In this document: piece by piece, positions 51,932-60,682 of the stretch
Layout: each line of letters opens with the position of its first letter
How positions within the stretch are numbered: the first letter of the stretch is position 1
IMG/VR virus record: IMGVR_UViG_3300044691_000338
Coordinates: 7,853 to 71,852 of that record
From: a virus
Length of the DNA: 64,000 bases
Reading direction: 5' to 3' (one strand)
Position numbers and translations under genes: made by a program
The notes under the pieces: generated by a model
Databases searched by the model: none
What the model was told of the DNA's origin: nothing
Seen by the model: only the letters and a program-made list of their open reading frames with translations

Positions 51932-52920
51932 AGCCCGCGCGCCTTTGCTGGCGGCAGGCGGGTAACACCGCGGGCGGCGATGAACGCCTCGACGGACTCA
52001 AACCGCTCGGAGGGCAACGGGGGCAGCGTGTTGCGTATCTCAGGAATAGGACGTGCATATTTTGCGTGGGTTTTGGCGGGGCGGCCGCTACGCTTCCCAT
52101 TGACGTTCCCGTGCCCGAGAAACCGCACCCGGACGTGCGCAAGCTTCGGATTCCAGCAGATGCCGCACGTCGAACAGTGATCCGTCTTACCGATCTCCTG
52201 CGGGCAGATGAGCGATTTTGTCGCAGGATCAAAGGCATATCGCTCTGGCTTCTTCCAGGTCGTAGCGACCTGCATGGGGGCGTATGGCGTGTCCTCGGCC
52301 ACGGAGAAACGAACCTGCCACCGGCCCGGCCGGCGGACGTTCATCGCCATGATCTCTTTGCCGATCGCACTATCGGACGGCCGCGCCGTGTATCCCCAGA
52401 CGTGCAACTCCGGGAGCGCATCCGACCACTCTACCCATTGGCGAAGGTAGGCCAAATCGGGAAAGTCGCCGAGAATGTGCAGTCGGACTGAGAAGCCCTT
52501 GGGGTGCCGGATCGACAGCCATTCCAATTCGCCGTCCAGGCTCATCATCAGCGCGGGATTATAGCGGAACCGGACGGCCATCGGCATGCCGTTACCAAAA
52601 CACTCGGCCCAGCACGCACATGATCGCGGGCAGGTCGCGCGCTCTTCCAGCGATAGATTGTAGTGCCGCATGCCTGCCCACGGGCCCACCATGATCTGGT
52701 TGCCGGTCTTGGCATTGTTGATGCCCTCGATGAGGACCTGATTGCGCTCAGAGGCATCGAAGACGCGGCTTGGGAACATCGTGCGTGCCTCGACCACTGG
52801 CGGCGCGGACGGCGCCAGTGCCGCCCATGTTCGCGGCGTTGGTTCTGTCACCACGGGGTTTTTGAACCGGGCTTGGCCGCCAACGGAGTAAGCGCGTTTG
52901 TTGCCGGTCAGGAGTCTCAT
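51928..52920 (-). CDS. GP88-like Cys-rich (putative Fe-S) protein
   Basis: NAKTG, TCPRSCACWAECFG, VRLHILGDF, WGYT, CPQE....CSTCGICW...F.GHG. Confidence 0.7.
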   Translation of the reverse strand: MRLLTGNKRAYSVGGQARFKNPVVTEPTPRTWAALAPSAPPVVEARTMFPSRVFDASERNQVLIEGINNAKTGNQIMVGPWAGMRHYNLSLEERATCPRSCACWAECFGNGMPMAVRFRYNPALMMSLDGELEWLSIRHPKGFSVRLHILGDFPDLAYLRQWVEWSDALPELHVWGYTARPSDSAIGKEIMAMNVRRPGRWQVRFSVAEDTPYAPMQVATTWKKPERYAFDPATKSLICPQEIGKTDHCSTCGICWNPKLAHVRVRFLGHGNVNGKRSGRPAKTHAKYARPIPEIRNTLPPLPSERFESVEAFIAARGVTRLPPAKARGL

Positions 52921-53138
52921 CGCACGGTGAACCGGCCGGACGGTGGCCGAGCCGGGAAATCATTCCGCCGCGCGATGGCGCAGACCGCTTCCCGGGTGAT
53001 CCCCAGGAACCACGCGACCTCGGATGCCGTCTTGCCTTCGTCCCACAGGGCACGAGCGCGGTCGATCACATCCGGAGCATGGTTTGGCCGGTGTCGGTTC
53101 GTATTGCCCCTGGCGGCGTCTGAGGTCGTGCCCATCAC
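52917..53138 (-). CDS. GcrA-like HTH protein
   Basis: RALWDEGKTASEVAWFLGITREAVCAIARR...PAR. Confidence 0.7.
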   Translation of the reverse strand: MMGTTSDAARGNTNRHRPNHAPDVIDRARALWDEGKTASEVAWFLGITREAVCAIARRNDFPARPPSGRFTVR

Positions 53139-53677
53139 GCGGCCCGCCGCTTACGAAAATCGGCATGCCTGATCCCGCACTCGTAGCTCCAAACCACGGC
53201 AGCATCGCGCGCATTCGGTTCGGTGATGTCCCAACCCATCGACTTGATCCAGGGCGCGATGATCGCGGTTTTGACGGTCAGTTGCGGTCGCACTCGCTTT
53301 TCCATGTCGGTCAGGCGGGTCCGACCGATCACAGCACCACGGAGCGTATCGAGCGAGTGAGAGACGATCGGGACCCGCGCCCGATGCGCGCACCCTCTCG
53401 CAGCGAACGGCAATCCGTAGTTGTAGACGCATGACTCGCGACTGCCTTGCTGATCCGGAGCCAACGGGTCCTCATAGGAGATCAGGTCTGGTCGCTCGGT
53501 CTCGATGAACTCGTCCAGCCAGTCCTCAAGAGCCGCACAGACCGCGCCGTATCCTTTGTCCTTGGGGAGCACGACAGCCCCCCACCGCGGTTCCCTGTCA
53601 CCAGGACGGCCGAATGCCCATCCGACCGTCGGCGACAGGTCGAGCCCCAGAACTTTCCCGGGCCCGAGGTTGCTCAC
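53135..53677 (-). CDS. RuvC-like Holliday junction resolvase
   Basis: VLGLDLS..VGWA, PDLISYE, NARDAAVV. Confidence 0.75.
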   Translation of the reverse strand: MSNLGPGKVLGLDLSPTVGWAFGRPGDREPRWGAVVLPKDKGYGAVCAALEDWLDEFIETERPDLISYEDPLAPDQQGSRESCVYNYGLPFAARGCAHRARVPIVSHSLDTLRGAVIGRTRLTDMEKRVRPQLTVKTAIIAPWIKSMGWDITEPNARDAAVVWSYECGIRHADFRKRRAA

Positions 53678-54387
53678 TGGATCGTATCAGGCGCCGACGC
53701 CGATCCTTGGCGAAATGCGTCCGTGTCCTTTTCAAGTTGCGTCCGGCTATCGACGGGAGGTTGCTCCTTGCGCGGGCGGCCACGCGGCTTCGGCGTCCCG
53801 GTCGCCTGCTGCACGTTCTCGGAACCGGGTTTCAGTTCGCTGCGCAACGCGATCCCATCGCCATGGCCATCGCGCCAGCCGACGAACTCGGGCGATCCGG
53901 GCTTGCTCGAGTACGGGTTGCTTTCCAGCGCGTGCCCCTTCTTGCCGGCCTGCCAGCCCTGCTTGCGGGCGCGGGCCATGCGCAGCTCATCGGCGACGTC
54001 GCCCGTCGCTGGGGTGAACATCTCTGCCTGCTGAACCGACATCGTCCACCGATCGTCAGCCCGCGGCGGAATAAGTTCGCCCGCGACCGCGTACTGGGTC
54101 AGGCCCATGATAAAGGCCATGGCCTTGTCCAGATCCTTACGACCAAGTTTGACCGTCGCGGCCAGCAATTCCCGGTCGACACCCTGTTGCTCGTAGCGAT
54201 TGATCGCCGCGCCCTTGAGGCCCGCCAGACTGGCGATGCGGGTATCGAAGTCCAGCATATCGGTCAGCGCCTTGGCGATCAGCGCCGGCGGGACATTGCT
54301 TTGCGGTGGATCCGCCCCCTGATCGTTGAATGACTCGCTCGGAGCCGATGATCCGTTCGGCGTCGCGCCTTTTTTCGGTCGTGCCAT
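53674..54387 (-). CDS. GapR/DUF2312-like domain followed by an RMF-like motif
   Basis: I..L.G........EQQGVD...L...VKL.RKD; ARKQGWQAGKKG....NPY......W.DG; KPRGRPRK. Confidence 0.55.
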   Translation of the reverse strand: MARPKKGATPNGSSAPSESFNDQGADPPQSNVPPALIAKALTDMLDFDTRIASLAGLKGAAINRYEQQGVDRELLAATVKLGRKDLDKAMAFIMGLTQYAVAGELIPPRADDRWTMSVQQAEMFTPATGDVADELRMARARKQGWQAGKKGHALESNPYSSKPGSPEFVGWRDGHGDGIALRSELKPGSENVQQATGTPKPRGRPRKEQPPVDSRTQLEKDTDAFRQGSASAPDTIQ

Positions 54388-54430
54388 GTAACTCAACCCT
54401 TCCTTCGCGGACCGGGATGGCCCGCTCTGA

Positions 54431-54658
54431 CTATTCTGCGGCGGATTCGGATTCGGGAACTCGCTGGAAGTCGTTGGCAGTGATGTCTCGTGCCGTTGCG
54501 ATGGTGATCTTATCAATCACATCCAGGCTTGGCCGCTTCTTTTCATTGAGAATTTCGGAAAGATAGCCCTGAGCGATCCCTGACCGGGCGCCAAACTCCG
54601 CCAATGTCTCTTGATGCTCGAAAAGCCACCGACGAAGAGGATGAATTGCCTTGCTCAT
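54431..54658 (-). CDS. Cro-like XRE HTH regulator
   Basis: HPLRRWL...TLAEFG.RSGIAQGYLSEILNEKKRPSL..I..I..AT...ITANDF. Confidence 0.85.
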   Translation of the reverse strand: MSKAIHPLRRWLFEHQETLAEFGARSGIAQGYLSEILNEKKRPSLDVIDKITIATARDITANDFQRVPESESAAE

Positions 54659-54665
54659 GCCACGC

Positions 54666-54745
54666 ATATCGCACCGAGAACAAAATTCGTCAACAACGAT
54701 CAATCTGTCGTTGACAGAATTCGTTGTTAGAGATATTTCCCATCC
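54666..54745. promoter_or_regulatory. Divergent promoter/operator region (early switch)
   Basis: Back-to-back TTGACG (minus) and TTGACA (plus, 54711) inside the imperfect palindrome AATTCGTCAAC...GTTGACAGAATT; the major strand switch. Confidence 0.7.
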
Positions 54746-54897
54746 GAGCCCGCCTTGGCAACAAATCCATGGCGGCTCACTTCAGGAGGGAGGTTCAGCA
54801 TGAGGACGTAACGCACAGTCAAATTGACGTTTCGACAAAGTTGGGAACAAAGGGGCCGGCTCTCCTGGGTCGGCCTCATTCCACACAGGATAAATCG

Positions 54898-55281
54898 ATG
54901 TCAGATGATATGGGAGCGATGGTCAAGGCGATCATCCAGGCTCAAGTAATTCAGGCACTGAACAGCGCGCCGGATGCAATCGAGGCGCTTGTGAAGTCGG
55001 CGCTGCATCAGAAGGTGGACGATAACGGCAACATCGCCCGGTACTCGAGCGACAACAAATTACCATATCTCGATTGGTTGGTCGGTCACAGCATCCGGAA
55101 CGCGGTCAGTCAAGCGGTTGGCGAGGTGATCCGCGAACGGACGCACGAGATCACGGAACTCGTTCGTCAGGGACTGGCGGCAGAGAGTGTGGTCAGCGCC
55201 GTCGCCAAGGCGATCACGAAGTCCGCCGAAATGGACTGGAACATCGATGTTCGCTTCGAGGTCGAGAAGGACCGGCGATGA
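54898..55281 (+). CDS. Hypothetical helical protein
   Basis: AGGA RBS; first gene of the rightward arm. Confidence 0.65.
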   Translation: MSDDMGAMVKAIIQAQVIQALNSAPDAIEALVKSALHQKVDDNGNIARYSSDNKLPYLDWLVGHSIRNAVSQAVGEVIRERTHEITELVRQGLAAESVVSAVAKAITKSAEMDWNIDVRFEVEKDRR

Positions 55282-55424
55282 ACATGCCCTTCACCAGCGA
55301 TCGTCCGCAGCGGATTGAGCCGATGCGCGTGCCGATCCCGTGGCGCGTCTGGGTCACCGTTGGGAGTTACGTCGCGGCGGTCGCCGTGGCTGGCGCTGTC
55401 ACGCTCTGGGCGCTTCTCCCGTGA
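55278..55424 (+). CDS. Small membrane protein
   Basis: C-terminal TM helix; ATGA coupling. Confidence 0.5.
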   Translation: MNMPFTSDRPQRIEPMRVPIPWRVWVTVGSYVAAVAVAGAVTLWALLP

Positions 55425-55507
55425 TTTCCCCGCACCGCCTCGCAGCCCGAGCCAGCACAATCCTCAACGCCTGCGGCGGGCAACCGACCCGGCAGGAACT
55501 GGGCCCG

Positions 55508-55771
55508 ATGACGTCCAGGACCACGGTGGCGTGGGACGCGTACCGGTGCGGCTGGTTTCTGGCCGCGGCGCGTGATGAGCTATCGTTCCTGCATGATTGT
55601 CGATCACGGGATGTCGCCAGCCTGAAATGGAGCTACCGCGCGTATCTGGCCCGGCGGTCCCGTGCACGACACTGCATCCGATTGGCTGCGCGCCACCTCG
55701 CACAGGCCGAGGAAGGGTTTTCGGTGCTGCAACCCCGACTGACCTGGGCACTGATGGAGAACGGATTCTGA
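55508..55771 (+). CDS. Hypothetical protein
   Basis: AGGA RBS; TGATG coupling downstream. Confidence 0.45.
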   Translation: MTSRTTVAWDAYRCGWFLAAARDELSFLHDCRSRDVASLKWSYRAYLARRSRARHCIRLAARHLAQAEEGFSVLQPRLTWALMENGF

Positions 55772-56037
55772 TGAACAAAGAACGAATCGACATTCGTCTG
55801 TCCAAAGAGAACAAGGAACTGATCGAGCGCGCCGCCTCAATAGAGGACATCAGCGTATCAGCGTTCGTTGTCGGGAATGCTCTGTTCAATGCGCGGCAGG
55901 TCGTGGCCGAGCACGCTCAATGGACTTTGAGAAGACGCGACAGCAAGGCGTTCGTCCAGGCGCTGCTGAATCCGCCCGAGCCGAATGAAACATTGAAAGC
56001 GGCGGCCGAGAGACGGCGCGCGGAAGGGGAAGCCTGA
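55771..56037 (+). CDS. DUF1778/TacA-family RHH antitoxin (orphan)
   Basis: KERIDIRLSKENKELIERAA....SVSAFVV..A...A..V......L...D..AFVQALLNPPEPNETLKAA. Confidence 0.85.
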   Translation: MNKERIDIRLSKENKELIERAASIEDISVSAFVVGNALFNARQVVAEHAQWTLRRRDSKAFVQALLNPPEPNETLKAAAERRRAEGEA

Positions 56038-56459
56038 TGGATACCGACGACAAAATGAAGATCAACACCGCCTACTACGCGGCGGAGAAGCGCCGACCGT
56101 ATGCGGTGGACAAGGAGGTCATCGCGGCTGTCACACCTGGGGGTGGCGACTGGACGTGCGAAGCGGAGGACGGCGCAATCACTCGCTCCGTCATGTGGGG
56201 CGGCACTGAGGTCGCTCTGGTCAATCCGCGAGGGCAACTGTCCGATGGCACAGAGGGCGACATCGCCATGGCCCTACGGGCGATGCCGGTCTGTGACAAA
56301 GCCCTGCGCGTCATCATGGTCCTCGCCCAAGACCCGGACAACGCGCCGCTGATCGCGCAGATCGCGAACTCGGTCATCGCCTACATCGAATTGCCTGCGC
56401 CGAAGATCGCGCGGCCCGCCGATGATGAGGACAGCGAGAGTGATGAGGGAGACGAATAA
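56037..56459 (+). CDS. Hypothetical protein
   Basis: TGATG coupling; acidic tail; no GNAT motif. Confidence 0.65.
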   Translation: MDTDDKMKINTAYYAAEKRRPYAVDKEVIAAVTPGGGDWTCEAEDGAITRSVMWGGTEVALVNPRGQLSDGTEGDIAMALRAMPVCDKALRVIMVLAQDPDNAPLIAQIANSVIAYIELPAPKIARPADDEDSESDEGDE

Positions 56460-56816
56460 TGTCTGGGAAGCAGAGATATTGCTGGGTTTGTGGTGGCGGC
56501 ATGGGCTTCATCGAAGCAAAATACTACGACCGCCGCGACACCTGCGGGAAACTTGTCTGCGAGCGGGAGGCTCGTGACGCGGCGCAAGAGGAACGCGAAG
56601 AAGCCCACCGCGATCTGGACGAAAGTATGGGGTGGTGATGAACAGACCGCCTCCCGGCTCAATGGTCTGGTGGAGACCAAAGGGCTCGATTGAGTACCGT
56701 TTCGGCTACTGCACATACGTCAGTGGGCCGACGCTGATCCGTCTTGGTCGCTGGAACGGCGACAGCACGGGCGGGTCCGTGGTGGATGCTTTTGACATCG
56801 AATGGAAGGCTTACTG

Positions 56817-57119
56817 ATGGCCATCGTCACCACACACACCTGCGACCTGTGCGGGCACACCCAAAACGCCGATATGCACAGCAAGGAATCTGACCGCCGT
56901 CACATGCGGTTGATCTGCATCGCGATATCCGGCAACGAGCATCAGGACTTCAGCTACAACGCGATGCACCACAAAGCCCTTTGGTGCGACGAATGCCTGG
57001 TCAAGACCGGCATTATCCGGCTGTCCAAACAGCCCAAAGTCCCGCAGCCTCCGCAGCCCTCGTTCGAGGACATGCTCCGCGATTTCATCCGCGAGGAGGT
57101 CGCCAATGCTGACCGTTGA
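56817..57119 (+). CDS. Zn-ribbon hypothetical protein
   Basis: CDLC...CDEC. Confidence 0.55.
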   Translation: MAIVTTHTCDLCGHTQNADMHSKESDRRHMRLICIAISGNEHQDFSYNAMHHKALWCDECLVKTGIIRLSKQPKVPQPPQPSFEDMLRDFIREEVANADR

Positions 57120-57450
57120 AACCCATGCCGTGTTCCGCCGCGACATGAACGCCTGTCGCACCACGGCAATGCGGGAAAGCAATCGGGCAAGGCACCTCGC
57201 TTACGAGACCGCCTTTGACCGCATGATAGCCGAGGTCACCGCGATGGAGGCGAACAGCCGGCGGTATGCCTGCGATCTGCTGGCGCGGCTGGGTGGGCCT
57301 CACTGCATGTCGGGGATGCCAGAGTTTCGTGCCACCTGCGATGCTCTGGCGCGCATGGGCGTGACCGATGCGAACCACATCTTCATCCACGATCGGGAAT
57401 ACATCGCGGCGACACACACGCCGGTAAAAACCAAGGAAGCAGCACAGTGA
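57106..57450 (+). CDS. Hypothetical protein
   Basis: GGAGG RBS. Confidence 0.6.
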   Translation: MLTVETHAVFRRDMNACRTTAMRESNRARHLAYETAFDRMIAEVTAMEANSRRYACDLLARLGGPHCMSGMPEFRATCDALARMGVTDANHIFIHDREYIAATHTPVKTKEAAQ

Positions 57451-57761
57451 AAATCATCGGCAGCACATACAACGGGTATCTGGTGGAAGCCACCCGCGAA
57501 GAACTCACGAGAGCGGCCGGATACAGATGGCCATTTGAAGTTCCAGGCGCGGCAATCCCGCAGTATCAAAAGTTTGATGCGTCGTTTCCCATTGGCACAA
57601 AAATCCTGGTCGAGAAAACTCACGAATATCTCGGGCAACTGAGGGAGCACGAGGACAAGGTTCGTCAGTCGGAAACGCTGCTGCGCGCGCTCGCCGACAT
57701 GCTCCACACGGCGCTCCCGACCACGATCATTCCTCCCACCGCAGAGGGAGAACCGGCATGA
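57447..57761 (+). CDS. Hypothetical protein
   Basis: GTGA coupling. Confidence 0.6.
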   Translation: MKIIGSTYNGYLVEATREELTRAAGYRWPFEVPGAAIPQYQKFDASFPIGTKILVEKTHEYLGQLREHEDKVRQSETLLRALADMLHTALPTTIIPPTAEGEPA

Positions 57762-59278
57762 AAATCCTCAAGTTATCGGCGGAGAATTTCAAGCGCATCT
57801 CTGTCGTCGAGATCAAGCCGGACGGCAATCTGGTGCAGATCACCGGCAAAAATGGGAGCGGCAAGACGTCGTGCCTTGATGCGATCTGGTGTACTTTGGA
57901 GGGTGCGACCCACCTGCAATCGGTGCCGATCCGCAAGGGCGCCGACAAGGCCACCATTCAGTTGACCCTCGGCGGCGATAAAGTGGAACTGATCGCCACC
58001 CGGACCATTCGCGCCAGAAAGGACGGGCCTGGCTTCAACACCACGTTGACAGTCGAAAGCGCCGATGGGTTCCGCGCGCCGTCACCGCAAGAGGCGATGG
58101 ACAAGTTGATGGGCCGGATCACCATGGACCCGCTGGCGTTCACGCGGGAAAAGCCCAAAGCGCAGTTCGATATCTTGCGAGCATTCGTGAAGGACATCGA
58201 CTTCGATGATATTGCCGCGAGGAACAAATCCGACTTCGACAAGCGCACCGAGGCCAACCGGGACGCGAAGCGGGCGCGCACCGCGGCCGAGATGGTCCAT
58301 GTGCCGGATTCAATCGACGCGGAAACGCAGCCGGTTGACGAAGCGGCGCTGACGGCCGAACTGGCCGGTGCTGGAGAATACAACGCCTCGATTGAAAGGG
58401 ACGCTGCGGCGCGTGCGAAGGCCGTTAAGGATGCCCAGGAACTTGAGGATGAGGCAGAAGGGATGCTTGACCCTGATGCTTTGGTTGGCCTTAGGAACCA
58501 TACCGCGCTGCCCTTCGATCGCCGCTCGGATGAACTCGGCAAGGAAATCCACCGCCTGGAATTGCTACTGAAAGACGCGAAGCAGCGCCTCGAAGATAAT
58601 ATCGCGGAGCGGACGGTCGCCCAGACTGACGCAGAGCGCAAGGAGAGAGAGGAAGCCGCCCGGAAGATGAGAGATTCGCTTGATCTTCGCGCATGGTTAG
58701 ACCGTGCGGCGCCATTGTCACCGAAAGTCGACACCGAGGCTCTGACAGTGAAAATCACCGAGGCGCGGTGGACCAATCAGGCCATCCGGTCGCGCGATGA
58801 ACGCGCGAAGCACATCGCCGAGGCGGAGCGCCTGGAGGCAACCTCGTTGAACCTGACCACCGCCATGGAGGGCCGCGACAAGATGAAGGCCGACGCCATC
58901 GCGGCGGCGGAACTGCCGGTGCCCGGTCTGGGCTTCGGCGATGGACTTGTCACAATCGACGGCCTGCCGTTCGACCAGGCATCCGACGCGCAGCAGCTTC
59001 GGACTTCGATCGCCATCGCCATCGCGACCGCCGGCACGCTGCGGGTCATCCGGGTGCGCGACGGTTCCCTCCTGGACGACGAGGGACTGCAACTGCTCGC
59101 CGAGATGGCGGACAAGGCGGACATGCAGGTATGGGTGGAGTCCGTATCAAATGGCGAGAAGGTGGGCTTCACTCTTGAAGATGGGCATTTGGCTGGTCAT
59201 CCGCCGCCAACGGAACCAGTTTCCGCGGCCAAAGGCAAAGAGCCGAAGAAACAAACAGCAGCAGGCAACTTGCTGTGA
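57758..59278 (+). CDS. SMC/Rad50-like AAA ATPase (coiled-coil)
   Basis: ENFKRI, ITGKNGSGKTSCLDAI, long coiled coil, QASDAQQL, IRVRDGSLLD. Confidence 0.85.
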   Translation: MKILKLSAENFKRISVVEIKPDGNLVQITGKNGSGKTSCLDAIWCTLEGATHLQSVPIRKGADKATIQLTLGGDKVELIATRTIRARKDGPGFNTTLTVESADGFRAPSPQEAMDKLMGRITMDPLAFTREKPKAQFDILRAFVKDIDFDDIAARNKSDFDKRTEANRDAKRARTAAEMVHVPDSIDAETQPVDEAALTAELAGAGEYNASIERDAAARAKAVKDAQELEDEAEGMLDPDALVGLRNHTALPFDRRSDELGKEIHRLELLLKDAKQRLEDNIAERTVAQTDAERKEREEAARKMRDSLDLRAWLDRAAPLSPKVDTEALTVKITEARWTNQAIRSRDERAKHIAEAERLEATSLNLTTAMEGRDKMKADAIAAAELPVPGLGFGDGLVTIDGLPFDQASDAQQLRTSIAIAIATAGTLRVIRVRDGSLLDDEGLQLLAEMADKADMQVWVESVSNGEKVGFTLEDGHLAGHPPPTEPVSAAKGKEPKKQTAAGNLL

Positions 59279-59784
59279 AAAAAGGGCGGATGATGCCCTA
59301 TCCTGTCGCTTGTGCCGTGTGCGAGACCGTGTTTGAGACGCGGCACAGCCAGGGAAAGTACTGCTCGCCGACTTGCACCAGAGTTGGCGCACGAAAGAGT
59401 TGGCATAAATATGCGGTAATCAACCGCGATAGCCGTCGTGCTTACGGCAAGGATCTATATCGCGCGGATCCACAGCGAGTGATCGAGCGCACCTCAGCCT
59501 ATCAGAAGACCCCAGCCGGAAAAGCAGCATCGCGTGTGACCGGGATCAGGCAGCGAGCGAAAAACCCAGAGAAAATCTCGGCGCGAACAGCCGTTAACCA
59601 CGCGGTCACGAGCGGAAAGCTAATTCGCCAGCCGTGCTTACGATGCTCGGCCGCCAAAGCGGAGGCGCATCACCTGGACTACTCGAAACCGCTTGAGGTC
59701 GAGTGGCTGTGTCATCGATGCCATCGTGCGGAGCATGGACGCCTGATCTCCGTTCAACCTGCCAAGGAGGGCGCGTTACCATGA
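59275..59784 (+). CDS. HNH-like endonuclease (HHxDYSKPL family)
   Basis: PCLRC...AHHLDYSKPLEVEWLCHRCH; N-terminal CAVC...YCS..C. Confidence 0.8.
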   Translation: MKKGRMMPYPVACAVCETVFETRHSQGKYCSPTCTRVGARKSWHKYAVINRDSRRAYGKDLYRADPQRVIERTSAYQKTPAGKAASRVTGIRQRAKNPEKISARTAVNHAVTSGKLIRQPCLRCSAAKAEAHHLDYSKPLEVEWLCHRCHRAEHGRLISVQPAKEGALP

Positions 59785-60074
59785 CAACCATCGCCATAGA
59801 TTTTGAAACAACCGGGATTCCGGATTGGAATGCCCGCAGCCACGATCCCAAGCAGCCGCACATCGTCGAGATGGCACTGATCGAATACGGCGATGACGGC
59901 GTTGAGATCGGCAATCAACGTGTGGTCGTGAAGCCCGACCGCTGCACGTTCCGCACCGTGGTCCTGTCGCACCAGTCAGGCCAAGGGCCGCGCTCCATCA
60001 AGGAAATCATCGAACCGATTTTGGAGCGGGGATTGCGGCTGTCCTCGGTCGAGGGACCGGTCATGCGGCCATGA
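59781..60074 (+). pseudogene. Truncated DnaQ-like 3'-5' exonuclease
   Basis: IAIDFETTG..QPHIVEMA..VVKPD (ExoI) then unrelated sequence; ExoII/III absent. Confidence 0.65.
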
Positions 60075-60301
60075 CCCAGCCGTCCACTGCCTCCGAAGCC
60101 CTGCGCCTCGCGTATCAGGCCATCCTACGTGGCGACTATGCCGAGCGGGACCGGATACTCGAACGCGCCACACGGCTGATTGAGGCCGAAGAAAAGGGCA
60201 ACGCCGTGCAGCGCGTGCTGGCCGTGGATTTCTATGTCAAGGCGAACGGCGTGGCGATACCGACACCGCTCCTGGCGCGTGCAGCCGGGGAAATTCATTG
60301 A
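60071..60301 (+). CDS. Hypothetical protein
   Basis: ATGA coupling. Confidence 0.55.
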   Translation: MTQPSTASEALRLAYQAILRGDYAERDRILERATRLIEAEEKGNAVQRVLAVDFYVKANGVAIPTPLLARAAGEIH

Positions 60302-60311
60302 GGAGTAGAGC

Positions 60312-60680
60312 ATGAGCGAAGCAGCCGACAAACCGATCGAATATCCTCCCGGCGATTGGGCCATCATTGAACTGTTCGGTCATACAACGATGGTCGGCCG
60401 CGTCGCGGAGGTCGAGCGGTATGGGACCAAGATGCTGGCGATTGAGCCGCTGTTTGATGACAAACTTCTGCCTGTCGTGTTTCACGGTGGCGCGGCGATC
60501 TACCGCGAGACGCCATGCTCGGCTGAGGTCGCCTTCAAACGGCAACCACACCACGACTACCAGTTGCCTCCCGCGATCCGCTCAACGCTTCCCGTAGGAC
60601 TGCTTGAGGGCACCGTCGCGGACATGGGCGATGAGCGCGATACCGAAATGCACGACAACGACTACAGTGAGGACGACTAA
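60312..60680 (+). CDS. Conserved hypothetical phage protein
   Basis: WAIIELFGH...GRV.EVE..G.KML.I......GGAAIYR.TPC motif; AGGAG RBS. Confidence 0.7.
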   Translation: MSEAADKPIEYPPGDWAIIELFGHTTMVGRVAEVERYGTKMLAIEPLFDDKLLPVVFHGGAAIYRETPCSAEVAFKRQPHHDYQLPPAIRSTLPVGLLEGTVADMGDERDTEMHDNDYSEDD

Positions 60681-60682
60681 CC

